DNA from: Octopus vulgaris
Taxonomy: Eukaryota
Direction of reading: 5' to 3'
Assembly (NCBI GenBank): GCA_951406725.2
Contig: OX597831.1
Coordinates: forward strand, 16,492,001-16,556,000
DNA: 64,000 nucleotides
Shown in pieces: positions 51,150 through 64,000 of this stretch. The notes beneath the pieces are model-generated. The model made no database searches, was not told the origin of the DNA, and worked only from the letters and a program-made list of their open reading frames with translations. The translations under genes were made by a program, and so were the position numbers. Each line of letters begins with the position of its first letter. Position 1 is the stretch's first letter.

Positions 51150-51720
51150 TTTCGGTATTCTATTAGTCTTTCGGTGTTTAACGCTCTTAGACACGTCAAA
51201 ATACTATATAAATGAAAACGAAGGCAACACATGTTTTGTTCATAACTGGCAAATGCATATTTGATATGTCACTTGATTTAGTTGCCCATGACTTTGAAGG
51301 TTAATGATTTACATTCCCTATTAATATGTCAATTTCTTTGAACTTCTTAGTGGGGAGATCTATTTCAATTGTAAGTTATATACGGTTAAAGATAATGTAT
51401 GTGGCTTTCCTGATGTTTTCCGTTGTTCCATGTTGAATCACAAAATTGATCTTATAAACATTACTACTAAACCTGGGTTCATCAAAATTTAGGTAGAAAA
51501 CGCATAAACGTCGATTCCCCAAAATAATCGCAACTTGTTGACCTTTACTTTGAGGAAACGTATCATTGTATTATTTCGAAATTAATTCTATTTATTTTTG
51601 ACGACAAATTTACATTGAAACGTCAGAAATTTAAAAATCACTTTAATAATGAACTTATTAATTATAATTGCTTTTCAAAGAATATAACAATCATTCTGTT
51701 TAGGATATTTGATAGATATA

Positions 51721-53065
51721 CAGGGTGCGAGGGGTAATTTAAAGAGGGTTATTTCGTTTTTAGTCAATTACACGTTTAAATTATATGATGCATCAATTTT
51801 TTCAGGTAACCAATTCAAGATATCATACTAACCCAAGAAATGAAAAGACATGCAGTCATTGTTGGTATAGATGCAAACCACAGTGATTTAGATATTAGGA
51901 ACTGTTTAAATGTTGCAAAATCACTAGAAATTAAGTTCGATTGTAATTGGAGACATTTAATATTATTGTTTTACCTGTCTGAAAGAGCAAATAATATTCA
52001 CAACGCTCAGACATTAATAGGAATTTATAAATCGTTTTGAAAACATTATCAATGAAAACACCTGAAGAACAATGAGGTCAATTGGTAAAGAACTTCAGAT
52101 GTCAGAATGGACTATCAGAAATGTGGTACATCGTGAGTAATGAGGAAAAGCTTATTCTTGTCTGCAAAAACAAAGAAAACCGTCTCATCCGTTACTTAAC
52201 AAAGTGAAAAGTCCCGATGTACAAAGCATGCTTTTGTTTGCTCTCACGAAATCACTTTGACCAGGATCGAAATTCTAGCGGAAGAAATGACAGATTGTTA
52301 TGAGCAGATCCTTCTGAAACACCCAGAGAATGGTTGTAAGACAATCTTTAAGATTATGTAACAACCAATAAGAGCAGTTATGAGCAGATCCTTCTGAAGT
52401 GCCCAGAGTGATTTACACGAAATTTTCAGCAAGTGTGACGGTCTTAGTAGTGGTGAGTAACGAAGGTCATTTGATGCCTCTCCACTATTTTCCACAGAAC
52501 CTTAGAATTACCGCTACTGGCTACATTAAGCTACTAGAAACTGGTATCAAGACCTGGATTAATGAAGTATGGAATGCAAGGCAATGCGTGATTCAGGAAG
52601 ACTCAGCACCTCCTCATAAAGCCCTAGTCACCCAAGAATTGTTGTCAGACAATCTTTAAGATTATGTAACACACAATATGTTGTATGCAGTGCTCGGCAG
52701 ATTTGAATCTATGGACTACTACATGTGGAGCGCTTTTGAAAAGGGAGACAAATCATCATCCTCATAAACTTATAGCTTTGCTGATTGCTGGCTTTGTCCA
52801 GGTGATGTCCGAAATGAATAAAGATCATATAGTGTCAGCATACCAGCGGTTTCGGTCCCGCATTGAAGCACTCATCGAAGCCGAAAACGACTTCATAGAA
52901 TATATTTTGGTTAAAAAACAAACATCATTAGCAAGGCTAATTACATGAATGTTTATTCAAATACATATTTACACTGTTGAAATATAGATATGATTTTCTT
53001 CATTCATACATTTGTTATTTTATACGACGAATTTCTTGAAATTCTGCGAGTTATTTACTTGTCCT
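51721..53065 (+). mobile_element. maT/DD37D-like transposon relic (copy C, near full length)
   Basis: TA|CAGGGTG start; transposase pieces in ORFs 51840, 52399 and 52685 ending RFRSRIEALIEAENDFIE; right end approximate. Confidence 0.8.
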
Positions 53066-53967
53066 TCATGAAGATATACATTGGAGCCTTTATCTCAGCC
53101 TTCGATTAAACGGGATTATTGTTTTCAGTCGTGTGTGTGTATTTGTTTGTCCGCTGAATGGATTCGGATGAAAGATTTTAGGATTCAAGGTTACTCTTTT
53201 GGTTTCGTTACGTAATTCTGGAGAGCGATCGGGTTCATTTTTAGTATTCTCGTATTTGAGAGCAGTTGAGTTTATTTCAGATATTCTCATTTTAAAAATT
53301 ATCTTCGCTTAATTGATGACAGGATATTGATGATGCCTTGGCGGAAGTTTGAGCTCTCTGAGTGTTCTTGTATAGATTTCTTTTTCTTTTTCTTGTGTTT
53401 CATTGTTCGATATCCTTAACCAAATCCATTTAACACGGATTACTTTATTGTTATCTACCAAGATTTGTTTCCTATCTATATTCCTATGAAAAAAGATTGA
53501 TAACATAATACACGCGAGTGAAACACTTCTTTGACGTACAAAATGAGTAAATTTAGCCACGTGTAGAGATGGGAAGAAAAAGACAGTTGTTAAACACTGT
53601 GAAGTTTTCCTCTTAAGTCTTCTTCTTCTTCTTCTTCTTCTTCTTCTTCTTCTTCTTCTTCTTCTTCTTCTTCTTCTTCTTCTTCTTCTTCTTCTGCTTC
53701 TTCTTCTTCTTTTTCTTCTTCTTTTTCTTCTTCTCATTATTCTTGTCCTTCCTCTTTTTCTCCTCATCCCCCTTTCTTCTACTTGGCAAAATCGTTCATT
53801 ACATATAAAAAGCACGCGATACATTCACAAAAATCGGAAGAGGGATTTTATTACATTCAATATATTGTGGGCCCATCTCATATCGATACTATCTATTCTA
53901 TGATGCACCAAACACTATAACTGGAAAAAATCAGGTAAATACATACATACACACACACACACTCACA

Positions 53968-54059
<92 letters not shown>

Positions 54060-54549
54060 CAAGTGGGACTCCACATACGACATATCCCTGTAATTCACAT
54101 ATGCAAAACAGAAGGAATAAAATAACGTCTGACGTCACTTGCGAACATGTTTCTAGATTATAAATATATTTTTGATTTTGATTTTGATTTTTCCAGTTTC
54201 AGCTAATGAGCTGTGGCCATGCTGAGGCACCGCCATTTATATATTGAATATATATTTTGAATATATATTTCATATATAGATTTATCAAATGCTACGTACC
54301 TCGAAACTTCGAGGTACGTAGCATTTGATAAATCTATTTTCATGGAGAGTTGCGCTGATGACAGATGTGGAATATATATGTAATATATATGAAAAATATA
54401 TATTCAAAGTACATATGAAATATAGATTCAATGTATTTCTAATCTAGAAACATGTTCACAAATGACCGCCGGACTTTCTTTTCGTTATTTATTTCTTCTG
54501 TTTTGCATATGTGAATTACAGGGATATGTCGTGTGTGGAGTCCCACTTG
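54060..54549. mobile_element. MITE/foldback element with ~100-bp TIRs and TA target site
   Basis: TA|CAAGTGGGACTCCACA..CGACATATCCCTGTAATTCACATATGCAAAACAGAAG ... CTTCTGTTTTGCATATGTGAATTACAGGGATATGTCG..TGTGGAGTCCCACTTG|TA; a CR1-type 3' tail (~54170-54238, minus) is nested in the left arm. Confidence 0.8.
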
Positions 54550-54770
54550 TAGAATATAGAAATAAACAGTCTTGACTGCTATTTCTAATTTTTCGGTATG
54601 CGTCTAAGCAACCTGTTGCCTGCCCCATTTATTTATATACGATATATATACTGAACTCTACAGAAGTTCCTACCGTTAATCGGTTATATTTACATACCGA
54701 ATTCTACGAGTAAATAATTGTTGTTTTATTTTAAAACTATTATAGAAATTATTTACTCTCATTATTATAT

Positions 54771-54845
<75 letters not shown>

Positions 54846-54847
<2 letters not shown>

Positions 54848-55525
54848 TAGCAGTATAACCCGGCCTTGACCGGGATTAAGTTACGATTATTAAGCTAATC
54901 AAGTTCGTTAATTCAAACCTAACTAAGTAATATTGACTCTCAATAAAACACATTTTTATTCGGCGTAAAATAAAAACAAAACACTTTCGCACCCAAAGTA
55001 ATATGTGAGGGAGAGAGAGTTAGAGAGGGGGGAGAAAGATGAACGATTTAAAATAAATAAATGATTTAAAATATATATATTGTAATTGTTGTGTGAAAAA
55101 GTATATATACTAAGATTATAAATAGTGTTTTTTAAAAACATCCTGAATTTGAACAATATATCCCGTGTTTAAGAAAAAACAAAGCATTTTACATTTTATT
55201 TCTTATGAACGTCGTCACTTACTCTCTCTCTTTCCTTCTCTCACCTTGTTTTTCCCGTGAAACTCCCTGCCCCTCTTCCACTTTTTTTTATCTTGTTCGT
55301 TTTTGTTAGACGCCGTCAGAAACCTATTGCTGATATTTTTCATGGCTAAAAACTATGGCTGAAAACAGGATTTTACCGCTATCCGCGGGTGCCTCGGGGA
55401 AAAATAACTTGACAAAAACCCAGATAGGGATGTTGACAAATGTCCTCCGAAAATTTGAGCGACATGCGTGCTAATTTGTGGATGTGCATAAATTACAATC
55501 ACGTACAAACGCATACACACACACA
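54846..55525 (+). mobile_element. Helentron-associated (HINE/DINE-like) non-autonomous element
   Basis: Starts TACTAGCAGTATAACCCGGCCTTGACCGGG (short hairpin) out of a (TA)n tract and ends in (CA)n...TATATATAT; classification inferred from architecture. Confidence 0.5.
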
Positions 55526-55795
55526 CGCTCGTGCCTTATATATATGTCTCCTTTGTTAGCACCTACAAGAAAGATTATCATGAGATTCAAATGGTTCTGG
55601 TGTCCAAAAGCAAAGAAACACCTGTCTCCCTAGTACACGAGATTGAGATCGTATACAAAATATATGTACTCAGTAGGGATGACAGAGAAATAACGTTTCA
55701 TTATTTATTAACCAGGGAGTAGTAATGTCATGCAGATGCAGATGATGATCTGTCAGTTATATATACATATATAAACATACATATATATATTTAAA

Positions 55796-55963
<168 letters not shown>

Positions 55964-56179
55964 CATCTATATATATTTAGTAATTATATTTCATGCAAAA
56001 CGTCAATTTCTTGTGAACATCTGTCGTCACAAAGTCAACTGAAATGTCATATTTTAATGAGAGCAATTATGAAGGTAGATAGTATAATCTGATGACGTGT
56101 CCACTTGCAGGTTTTCAACATTTATATAATAATATCCTTTACAAACACACACACACACAGACATATACATATGATGGAC

Positions 56180-56475
56180 TCTCAATTTGAAAATGGCGTA
56201 TGGATATTTAGCAATGGCCGCATGACCTGCATATATGATTCGTTTTTAGAGGTCAAATGATCGAGCCACGAATTAGAGTTCACTCTCTCCATGTGATCGA
56301 CGCTATCTGAACAGATGCACTGTGCACCAGACTTCAGGTTTCGAAGTGATAGCAATGTAACGTGAGGTGAGGTATTTTGCTCAAGAACACAGGGCACACC
56401 GTTTCTAGGAATTGAAACCACGTTCTAACGATCGTAAATCCATTTCCCTAACCACTAGGTCATGTGCCTTCACAC
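56180..56475 (-). mobile_element. Second tRNA-derived SINE family
   Basis: Minus strand TGACCTAGTGGTTAGGG (A-box)...GGTTTCAATTCC (B-box-like)...GTGTTCTTGAGCAAAATAC. Confidence 0.6.
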
Positions 56476-56509
56476 GTTTATTTGTACACAAACACACACA
56501 CAAACATGC

Positions 56510-56575
<66 letters not shown>

Positions 56576-57607
56576 TGTGTGTGTGTGTGTGTTAGAATTA
56601 AGAATACAGTATTCTCAATTATTATACAATAAGGTTAATCCCTCTTAAGTGTTTGGTTTCAAGGATATAATTAATAATCGCGATGTAGAGTCCCTGAGCT
56701 TGTATTAATTGTCCGAACCTCAGCGGACTCTAATCCAGCTGCAGATGCCAATACCCTGCGGCCACATTACCGGTTTTCACGTTGTACTGTTTACACATAA
56801 CTTAGAGGCTACTATTCTTGTCTCCAGTTGCAGATTCAAATACAGATTCCAGCTACCGTTTACCGGTCACTATTTTGTGCATTAGAAAACTAGGCCATAA
56901 CTGCTGGTTCCACTGGCACCACAATCGCCAGTATTGGCGATAAAGAAAAACGAATGGTAAGGACGATGTTGCGCTCTGTTTAGGATTTTATTTCAATATC
57001 AGAGATAGAAAATATTTTAGGAACACTGAAACAATATTAGGTGGGTGGAAAATCATGTTTGTGGTACTTTTGTCAGGGAATCTAGGGTGAGAGTGCCGAG
57101 GACAACGGCTAGTTGGAGTTCAGATGGGTAAGCATAACGTAGAATTCTTATCTCTAATTTCTCTTTTTAATAATTATCCAGCGAAGTCATCAAGAATTGT
57201 ATATATTTATAATAATGATACCTTTGGAAATAGAAAATTAGGTTAATTCCTTTAACAAGGGTTTCATGTGTTAAATATATAGGTATTTAATTACCTTATC
57301 TTTTAATTTTATTCTTTAGTTATCAAGTGAAATCATCAATGATTGTATACATTCGACCTACATGCATAAGAGAAACTAGGGGATGGTAATCACTCATCTT
57401 AGTCTATTTGTGCGTTTGAAAAACTTACTGGAAAACTGCTCAACGGATTTGCACCACATTTGGGAGAATTACTCCTCGGGTGAGTGGCTCGAAATGATGA
57501 ATATTTGGTAGGATTGTTTTTTTTTTAATTTAAAGAACTCTGAATTCACAAATTTTCCGTAAGTAAGTAACCATGTTATTCAGTTCACTTTCTTTTTCAT
57601 TTGAATC

Positions 57608-57724
57608 GTCCCTCGTCTGCATCTGTATCGATCATGGTGCGCCTATGCGCTTATACGCTTGTGGGTCCATACATACATAAATATGTGTCTCAGTGTGCGT
57701 GTATGTGTGTGTGTGCGCGTAAGC

Positions 57725-57760
<36 letters not shown>

Positions 57761-58165
57761 GTACATTGACTGAGGAATTTGTTTATTTACAAGATGATTT
57801 TTTAAAACTCCAACGCAGTATAAATAGCTATAATGTTGATATTTAATTTGCCACTCGATTTCTTAATTTCCCCGGAGTGTAAATACCTATAATACGGATA
57901 CCTAACATTAAAAAAAAAGCAATAAAATACAATTTAAAAACGTCGATCTTAAAAGTGGTCATATTATTTAGTCCACATTTCTTTTTACATATCAAGAGTC
58001 CCTCTTCTGCGTGTGTATAGATTATGGTGCACCTATGCGTGTAGACACCTGTGGGTACATACACAGACAAATACGATATGACACTGTGCGTGTGATTATG
58101 TGTGCGCGCACATGTGTGTGCTAATGGATTCGAGAGTTTCACTGGTACATAAATACCTATAATAG
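57608..58165 (+). repeat. Degenerate direct repeat (units starting ~57608 and ~57998)
   Basis: GTCCCTC.TCTGC..TGTAT.GAT.ATGGTGC.CCTATGCG...TGTGGGT.CATACA occurs twice, each later followed by TAAATACCTATAATA. Confidence 0.6.
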
Positions 58166-58209
58166 AGAAAAATAATAGAAACAAAATTTTAATAAGAAAC
58201 AGATAAAAT

Positions 58210-58432
58210 CCCCCAGATTCCCTGATCTGAGCCGTCTTGATTTCTATCGTTGGGAGCATTTGAAAAGCATGGTGTATCGCAGAAACATAAAAGATCATTT
58301 GAAGGAACGCATCACCAACTCATTTGCACACGTATCATCAGGTGTGCTATTACGAGTTCACAAAGAGTTGGATAAACGTATTGTAATGTGTATTCAAAAC
58401 AATGGTAACTATAGAGAGCCTGTTATATAAAA
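58210..58432 (+). mobile_element. IS630-Tc1-mariner transposase C-terminal relic
   Basis: PRFPDLSRLDFYRWEHLKSMVY...HLKERITN...KRIVMCIQNNGNYREPVI* matches the PRSPDL.PLDF.LWG.LK..VY / R...C....G.H.E pattern. Confidence 0.75.
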
Positions 58433-58826
58433 CAAAACTGTTGTTATAAACTGTTTCTTATAAAAAATAATTATTCCTATGAATCATATAATAGTAGAAT
58501 AGTATATTAGTCTCCTAGAGTATTTTCAGTTATTCCTTTAGGGTAGTTTTATATGTAGAATGCAAATTTTCCAAAAATATAGAAATGGCAAGGTATATTT
58601 TATCTTCTATTTTTATGAAGTAAATTAGTAATTCAATGACGTCACTTTTGGTTGAATGAATAAAAATGTCTTCAGCTGAATTTGATTTAGGGCTTCTATT
58701 GAGTTAGATTTTCTTAACACCTAAATTATTTTTTGAAATGTTCAGTTAGATTCTCACTAATTAATTATCGAAAATATAATTATAAGTAATATTCGTTATA
58801 GATATATATGTATATATATATACATA

Positions 58827-59462
58827 CATCATCATCATCATCGTTTAACGTCCGCTTTCAATGCTAACATTGGTCGGACGATTTTGACTGAGGGCTGGCG
58901 ATCCAGATGGATGCACCAGGCTCCAATCTTGATTTGGCAGAGTTTCTATAGCTGGATACCCTTCCTAACGCCAATAACTCCGAGAGTGTAGTGGGTGCTT
59001 TTTACGTGCCACCAGCACAGAAACCAGTTTGCTGCTCTGCCAACGATCACGCTCAGACGGTGCTCTTGGCACCCTACTAGCACGGGGCATAAGTGCCACT
59101 AAGGTGACGCTGGTAACGATCACACTCGAATGGTGCCCTTTTATGTGCCACTGGCACTGTCAAACGATCACACTCGTATGGTGCTCTCTGCATCCCGCTA
59201 GCACGGATGGGAGTCATCGAATTTGATTTTGATTTCGCTTGCCTCAACAGGTCTTCACAAGCAGAGATTAGAGACCAAACAAGGATAAGCGGGCTGGTTC
59301 CGCTCTTGACATAGGCCACAGGTTATGGTCTCATTTGGCTTGCCGGGTCTTCTCAGGCACAGCATATTTCCAAAAGTCTCGGTCGCTCCTCATTTCCTTG
59401 GTGAGGCCTAATGTTCCAAGATCGTGCTTAACCACTTCCTCCCAGGTCTTCCTGGGTCTACT
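58827..59462 (-). mobile_element. RTE-clade LINE 3' end
   Basis: Minus strand RPRKTWEEVVKHDLGTLGLTKEMRSDRDFWKYAVPEKTRQAK*, then a 3' UTR ending in (GAT)n. Confidence 0.8.
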
Positions 59463-59491
59463 TCTTAATTACATATATGTGTATATATATA

Positions 59492-59840
59492 TCATGTCAT
59501 CCCATTAGTTCTGTCCGATTTAATTTTTTTTAAAATTGAATGAAATTTAATAGTATTTTAAAATGTTTAATAGAATTAAAAATTATTTTTATGCATTTGT
59601 GTACAGTTAGACTAATTAAATATTTTACAGAAAAATAGAATTAAAATTTCTTTGAAGAATACCCTTTCTAACATGGAAGTATCCAAAGCGCATTTGAAGC
59701 TCATAATGCTTTATGAGTACAAAAAAGGAAACTCTGCGGCCGATGTGACTCGTAACATACACTCAGTTTATAGCAAAGAATGCTTGAATGAAAGAACTTA
59801 TAGAAGATTGTTGGAGTGGAGATTTCGGCCTTGAAAATGA
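59492..59840 (+). mobile_element. Mariner 5' fragment (HTH N-terminus), followed by (AAG)n 59840-60060
   Basis: MEVSKAHLKLIMLYEYKKGNSAADVTRNIHSVYSKECLNERTYRR...SGDFGLEN. Confidence 0.75.
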
Positions 59841-61384
59841 AGAAGAAGAAGGAGGAGGAGGAGGGGGAGGAGAAGAAGAAGAAGAAGAAGAAGATTAAGA
59901 AGAAGAAGAAGATTAAGAAGAAGAAGAAGAAGAAGAAGAAGAATATGAAGAAGAAGAAGAAGAAGAAGAAGAAGAAGAAGAAGAAGAAGAAGAAGAAGAA
60001 GAAGAAGAAGAAGAAGAAGAAGAAGAAGAAGAAGAAGAAGAAGAAGAAGAAGAAGAAGAAATATATAATGTGAATTAACGTAAGACTTGCCGGATAAATG
60101 TTTTTGCAGAACCGGAAGTGAAGAAGTTTGATTCTTCACTCTATGTTATGGGGCTAAGGATAACAAAATTCCATTACTACAACGTCTAGTCAACCAAAAC
60201 CTTGTGAGGACATTTGGTAGAAAGAAACTGAAAGAAACACCCATAATTATGATTGTATGCCAACTTATATGTTTATTCCCAGCGTCCATTGTTCAGTAAA
60301 TGTTTGTTTCTGTACATATTCGTAACGTGTTACACTATAAACAAATAATACTAGATTCGGGTTATTCGACGGAAACCTTGAAGAAATTGCGCATAAGGGC
60401 CACTATCCAATGCTAGAAACAAGTAAATCATATAGCAATATATAAGTGTAAACATAGAAAAATTATGCATAAATATTCACTCATGCATTTATGTGTGTAT
60501 GTTTGTGTGTGTGTGTGTGTAAAAAATAAATATACTTCTGGGTGTGCGTGTGTGTGAGAGACAGACAGTTGTGTGTGTGTGTTTGTGTGTGTGTGTATTC
60601 ATATCATAACTTGCGAATAAAGTCTGGAAAAGTGTCACATTTTTTTTAAATGCAATAAAAATTTCAAGAAATACAATTCGAATACTTTAACGCAGCTACT
60701 TAGTTACACCGCTTCATTTGTGATCATCATTTGCCATTTACCTCAGTTGCCATTTACAATGAAAATATCTTTTACTCAATTTCTTAAGCAACATAAAACA
60801 ATGAAACCAAATATTTAAGTCACGCATGTTTTTGACAATCCATGGTGTGCATTGATTAACAACAACTTCGCATTTTATTGCAGAATTACGTGGATATTCA
60901 GTATTTTTAATTTTGGTGAATATTGCAGCTGATGCCAGGCAGGAACTCTACCATAGCCTTGTGGCTCTTCTTGGAAGGCAACAAGAATGTTATGAAAGGA
61001 TTCTTGTAGCAACACAGTGTTTTTATCGCAACAATTTTTTGTGATATTTTACGGGTTTGGTGTAATTATGAAAAATTGCACATTATTCTTTTGTTTTTCT
61101 ACTTTAGAAATTTTTTAATATCGTTTCATGAGTTTTATAAAAAAAACGCAATTGCTGGAGTACTAAAAACATAATTTAGAAGAAAAAGTAAAGCAAAGCT
61201 TAGAATTTCTTGAGATGCTCCCTCCAGTTTCAGTTCAACTCAAAACAAAATAAGCCGAATCACAGCATATTAGAATATAACATGCGATATGCAAGAAGGG
61301 TGTACATCTGTTACAATTCATTTCTTTCATTTCATAACGTAATTCAAAAGGCGCAGCACATCTTAGCGTAAACTGAGAAACACA

Positions 61385-63128
61385 ATGAAAATATTTATAA
61401 TAAATGCGTTTCTCATTTCAGGTAAGTATACAAATATCCTGAAACTTTTTTGACACACATTTAAACCTACCTCGTAAACTCCTCTCCTCTTGAAATCTCT
61501 CTCTAACTCTTGCAATCGCTTTCATGCTATATATGTAGGCATGAAATTTAGAAGAATTCAAAATTAGAAGTAAAACAATTTCTTTGTTGCTTAATTTGAT
61601 AACTCAATATGTTGGCACAAATTCATTAACAACTCATGTTTGACATTTTTTTGAAACACTAAGAATCGAATGATTTCCCTTCAGTGATCATCATTCTTCT
61701 GCTTGTCTGGAATCGTAAGCAATTCATATATTGGCAGTTACATCGATATAAAATATACACATGTATATTTGAAGGAATTCATACCCGTAATATATATTGT
61801 GTTCAAAAGTGTCCAGAGCATAAATGTACATTTTACCAAGGGATGTACATGAAAATTATAACTCATTATTATAAATGTATGTTAAAGAATTAAAAATATT
61901 CATTTTAACTATTGTAGGTGTTATGATGGAGGAAAGTTGTGGTAAACTAGCAGAGAAGACATGCGAGTACCCAGCGCGGATGTTCAATAACATTAACTAT
62001 GAACAAAACTTTTGCAGGTACATTGTCATAAATAGTCAAACTGATATTCGGAATACTGCATCGCATGCTTCAACCTTCCCATATTGGTTACTGAATGTCT
62101 CTCTGCCTCTACTATTATCGCTTTCTTTTTCTTACATTCCTTTTCTTCCTTCTTTCTCCCTCACTCCCATCTCTCTGCATGTGTAAGTGCGTATCTGTGT
62201 ATTTGTTGGCGGGCTGATTGCACACGGTCGCCATAGGGATTAGGTCACATTTGATTCGCCTGCGCTGTCATCCCACCTCAGAGAATATATTATACGAAAC
62301 ATTATTTGTAAGAAATCCTCTCATAACAAAGAAACAAAAACCACCCATTTTTGAATGAGTTAAAAATCGAAATCTATATTTTGTCAATTCAAACATTTCA
62401 GAACGTTTGAGCCTATGCCACATAAGGAAAAATATAAACCCATTGTGATACTCTCCTTATGAATAGCTAAAGAATCACGATTCCATCAGCGACGAAGGAA
62501 AAAGAACAAAACCAAATAATAATCTTTTCTACTCTAGGCACAAGGCGCAAATAATTGGGGGACGGGGCCAGTCGATTAGATAGACCCAAATACGTAACAC
62601 CTACTTAATTTACCGGACCCCGAAAGGATGAAAGGCAGAGTTGACCCGGCAGAATTTGAACTCAGACCGTAAAGAAAGACGAAATTCCTATATCTTTACT
62701 ACCCACAAGGAGCTAAATGCAAAGAGCCCAAACAAGGACAGACAAAAGGAATAAGTCGATTACATCGACCCCAGTGCGTAACTGGTACTCAATTTACCGA
62801 CCCCGAAAGGATCAAAGGCAAAGTCGACATCGGTGGAATTTGAACTCAGAACATGACAGCAGTCGAAATACGGCTACGCATTTCGCCCGGCGTGATAACG
62901 TTTCTGCCAGCTCACCGTCTTAAGACTAATTAATAACGGACCAGTGCAGTTAGAAAGAACACAAATAACATCTCTGGATCTTTCCTTTCCCTATGTTACT
63001 GACGAAGAGCTCCGCTCGAAACGTTAAACCCTCCTTCTTCCCTTCCTTCCTGAGCGTCCAATAATACTTTATTTGTTCCACGTCCTTGCGTTGTTGTTTT
63101 TTCTCTTTGTGTTTTCATGTTTGGATTA

Positions 63129-63173
<45 letters not shown>

Positions 63174-63782
63174 ATGAATGTGTGTAGTCACACACGACGG
63201 TCTTCTTTCAGCTTTCACCTAACAAGTTCATGCACAATTCTTTACTAGACGTGGGACTCTAATAAAGATACTTGTCCAGTGTGACACGCAGGGATATTCT
63301 ATCTGGAACCATGTGGTTGGAAAGTAATCTTCGGAGCACACATCCACATGTATAATATACATACATTACTTCCGTGCATATGTTAAACTTTTCCACTCTT
63401 ACGACGTAGTAAATTCCAGTGTCATCTTATTGTATAAATATGATTGCAAGTAGTGCAATACCTGTACGCTCTCGCGTTATGTTTGTCGCGTATCTACAGT
63501 ATTGCGAAGGAAATGAGTTGATCACACATCTCGTTATTTCTCAAATTTTGCTGTGATCACGCTTGCCCAACTGCGTATAGGTGTGTCGTTGTAAACTGAA
63601 CTTGATCACAGAACATTGTAAATTTTCAAAATCTACAAAACTTTTATATTTAGTTTTTTTAATCTAATATATTGATTTTTATTTTGTCTCGCAGTACTTT
63701 CCTTGATTTTTCTCCATGTCTCATGGGTATATCTATAATTTGTGATGAATTCTACAAGTCATTCTTTTACGAAAAATGCCTG
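61385..63782 (+). CDS. Paralog D (divergent, 3'-incomplete) of the six-cysteine small protein
   Basis: Exons 61385-61421 (37 nt, CAG|GTAAGT), 61918-62017 (100 nt, TTGTAG/GTACAT), 63695-63782 (88 nt, TTTTGTCTCGCAG/GTAAGA): MKIFIINAFLISGVMMEESCGKLAEKTCEYPARMFNNINYEQNFCSTFLDFSPCLMGISIICDEFYKSFFYEKCL... Exon sizes, phases and Cys spacing are identical to A-C. Exon 2 is visible in ORF 61875..62186. Terminal exons not identified and probably lie beyond the window. Confidence 0.85.
61685..61714 (+). CDS. Candidate 30-nt in-frame cassette exon of paralog D (VIIILLLVWN)
   Basis: TTTCCCTTCAG acceptor, GTAAGC donor, phase 1-1, no stop, hydrophobic; no counterpart found in A-C. Confidence 0.45.
62523..62920 (-). 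mobile_element. Two tandem or nested tRNA-derived SINEs in paralog D intron 2
   Basis: Reverse complement of the SINE at 7095 (CCCCGAAAGGAT.AAAGGCA.AGT.GAC...GAATTTGAACTCAG) twice; 5' end GCCAGCTCACCG. Confidence 0.8.
62995..63029 (+). ncRNA. Minimal hammerhead-like motif in a Penelope-type LTR repeat
   Basis: GUUA-CUGACGA-A-GAGC(UCC)GCUC-GAAACGUU-AAAC; same architecture as the 2899 motif, with a weak stem I. Confidence 0.5.
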
Positions 63783-64000
63783 GTAAGAACGTTTCATTAT
63801 TTTGGTTTCATTATGAGAAATGATGTACAGATGAATTAAATTTTATACCATTTGAAATGTTGTTACTTTACGCTCTCAGTTGGTGAATCTCTTAGAGATT
63901 GTATCGTTTTGAAGCAAGCACTTTATAACACAACGTGACGTTTCGTTACTAGGCTATATATCAAGTGATAGTAGACCAACAGGAGATAATCTGTAATAAT

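Noticed and set aside
63878-63912. Possible next exon of paralog D after CTCTCAG (LVNLLEIVSF*)
   Set aside because: No similarity to the A-C terminal exons; it cannot be supported without transcripts or downstream sequence.

Overview
AT-rich, repeat-dense animal genomic DNA. The SINE, Dong/R4 LINE, Penelope and microsatellite content looks like an octopus (coleoid cephalopod) genome; the taxon is an inference. Nearly all ORF-track entries are transposon relics or microsatellite read-throughs. Reading splice sites by hand reveals a cluster of four paralogous multi-exon genes whose spliced products the ORF track does not show. Three are on the minus strand (ATG at 11132, 30649, 51149), each inside a copy of a 12-19 kb triplicated segment. 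A fourth, much more divergent paralog is on the plus strand (ATG 61385) and probably runs off the window. All four share coding exons of 37, 100 and 88 nt with intron phases 1/2/0. They encode a signal peptide plus a ~59-aa six-cysteine domain (C-X7-C-X16-C-X8-C-X7-C-X11-C). The three minus-strand copies end in an identical hydrophobic, GPI-signal-like tail. The cysteine-domain exon is up to ~25% divergent between copies while adjacent intron is ~3% divergent. The window also holds trains of Dong/R4 LINEs in (AAT)n tracts, two Penelope-like elements, several hammerhead ribozyme motifs, CR1 and RTE fragments, Tc1/mariner/maT relics, MITE-like foldbacks and tRNA-derived SINEs.
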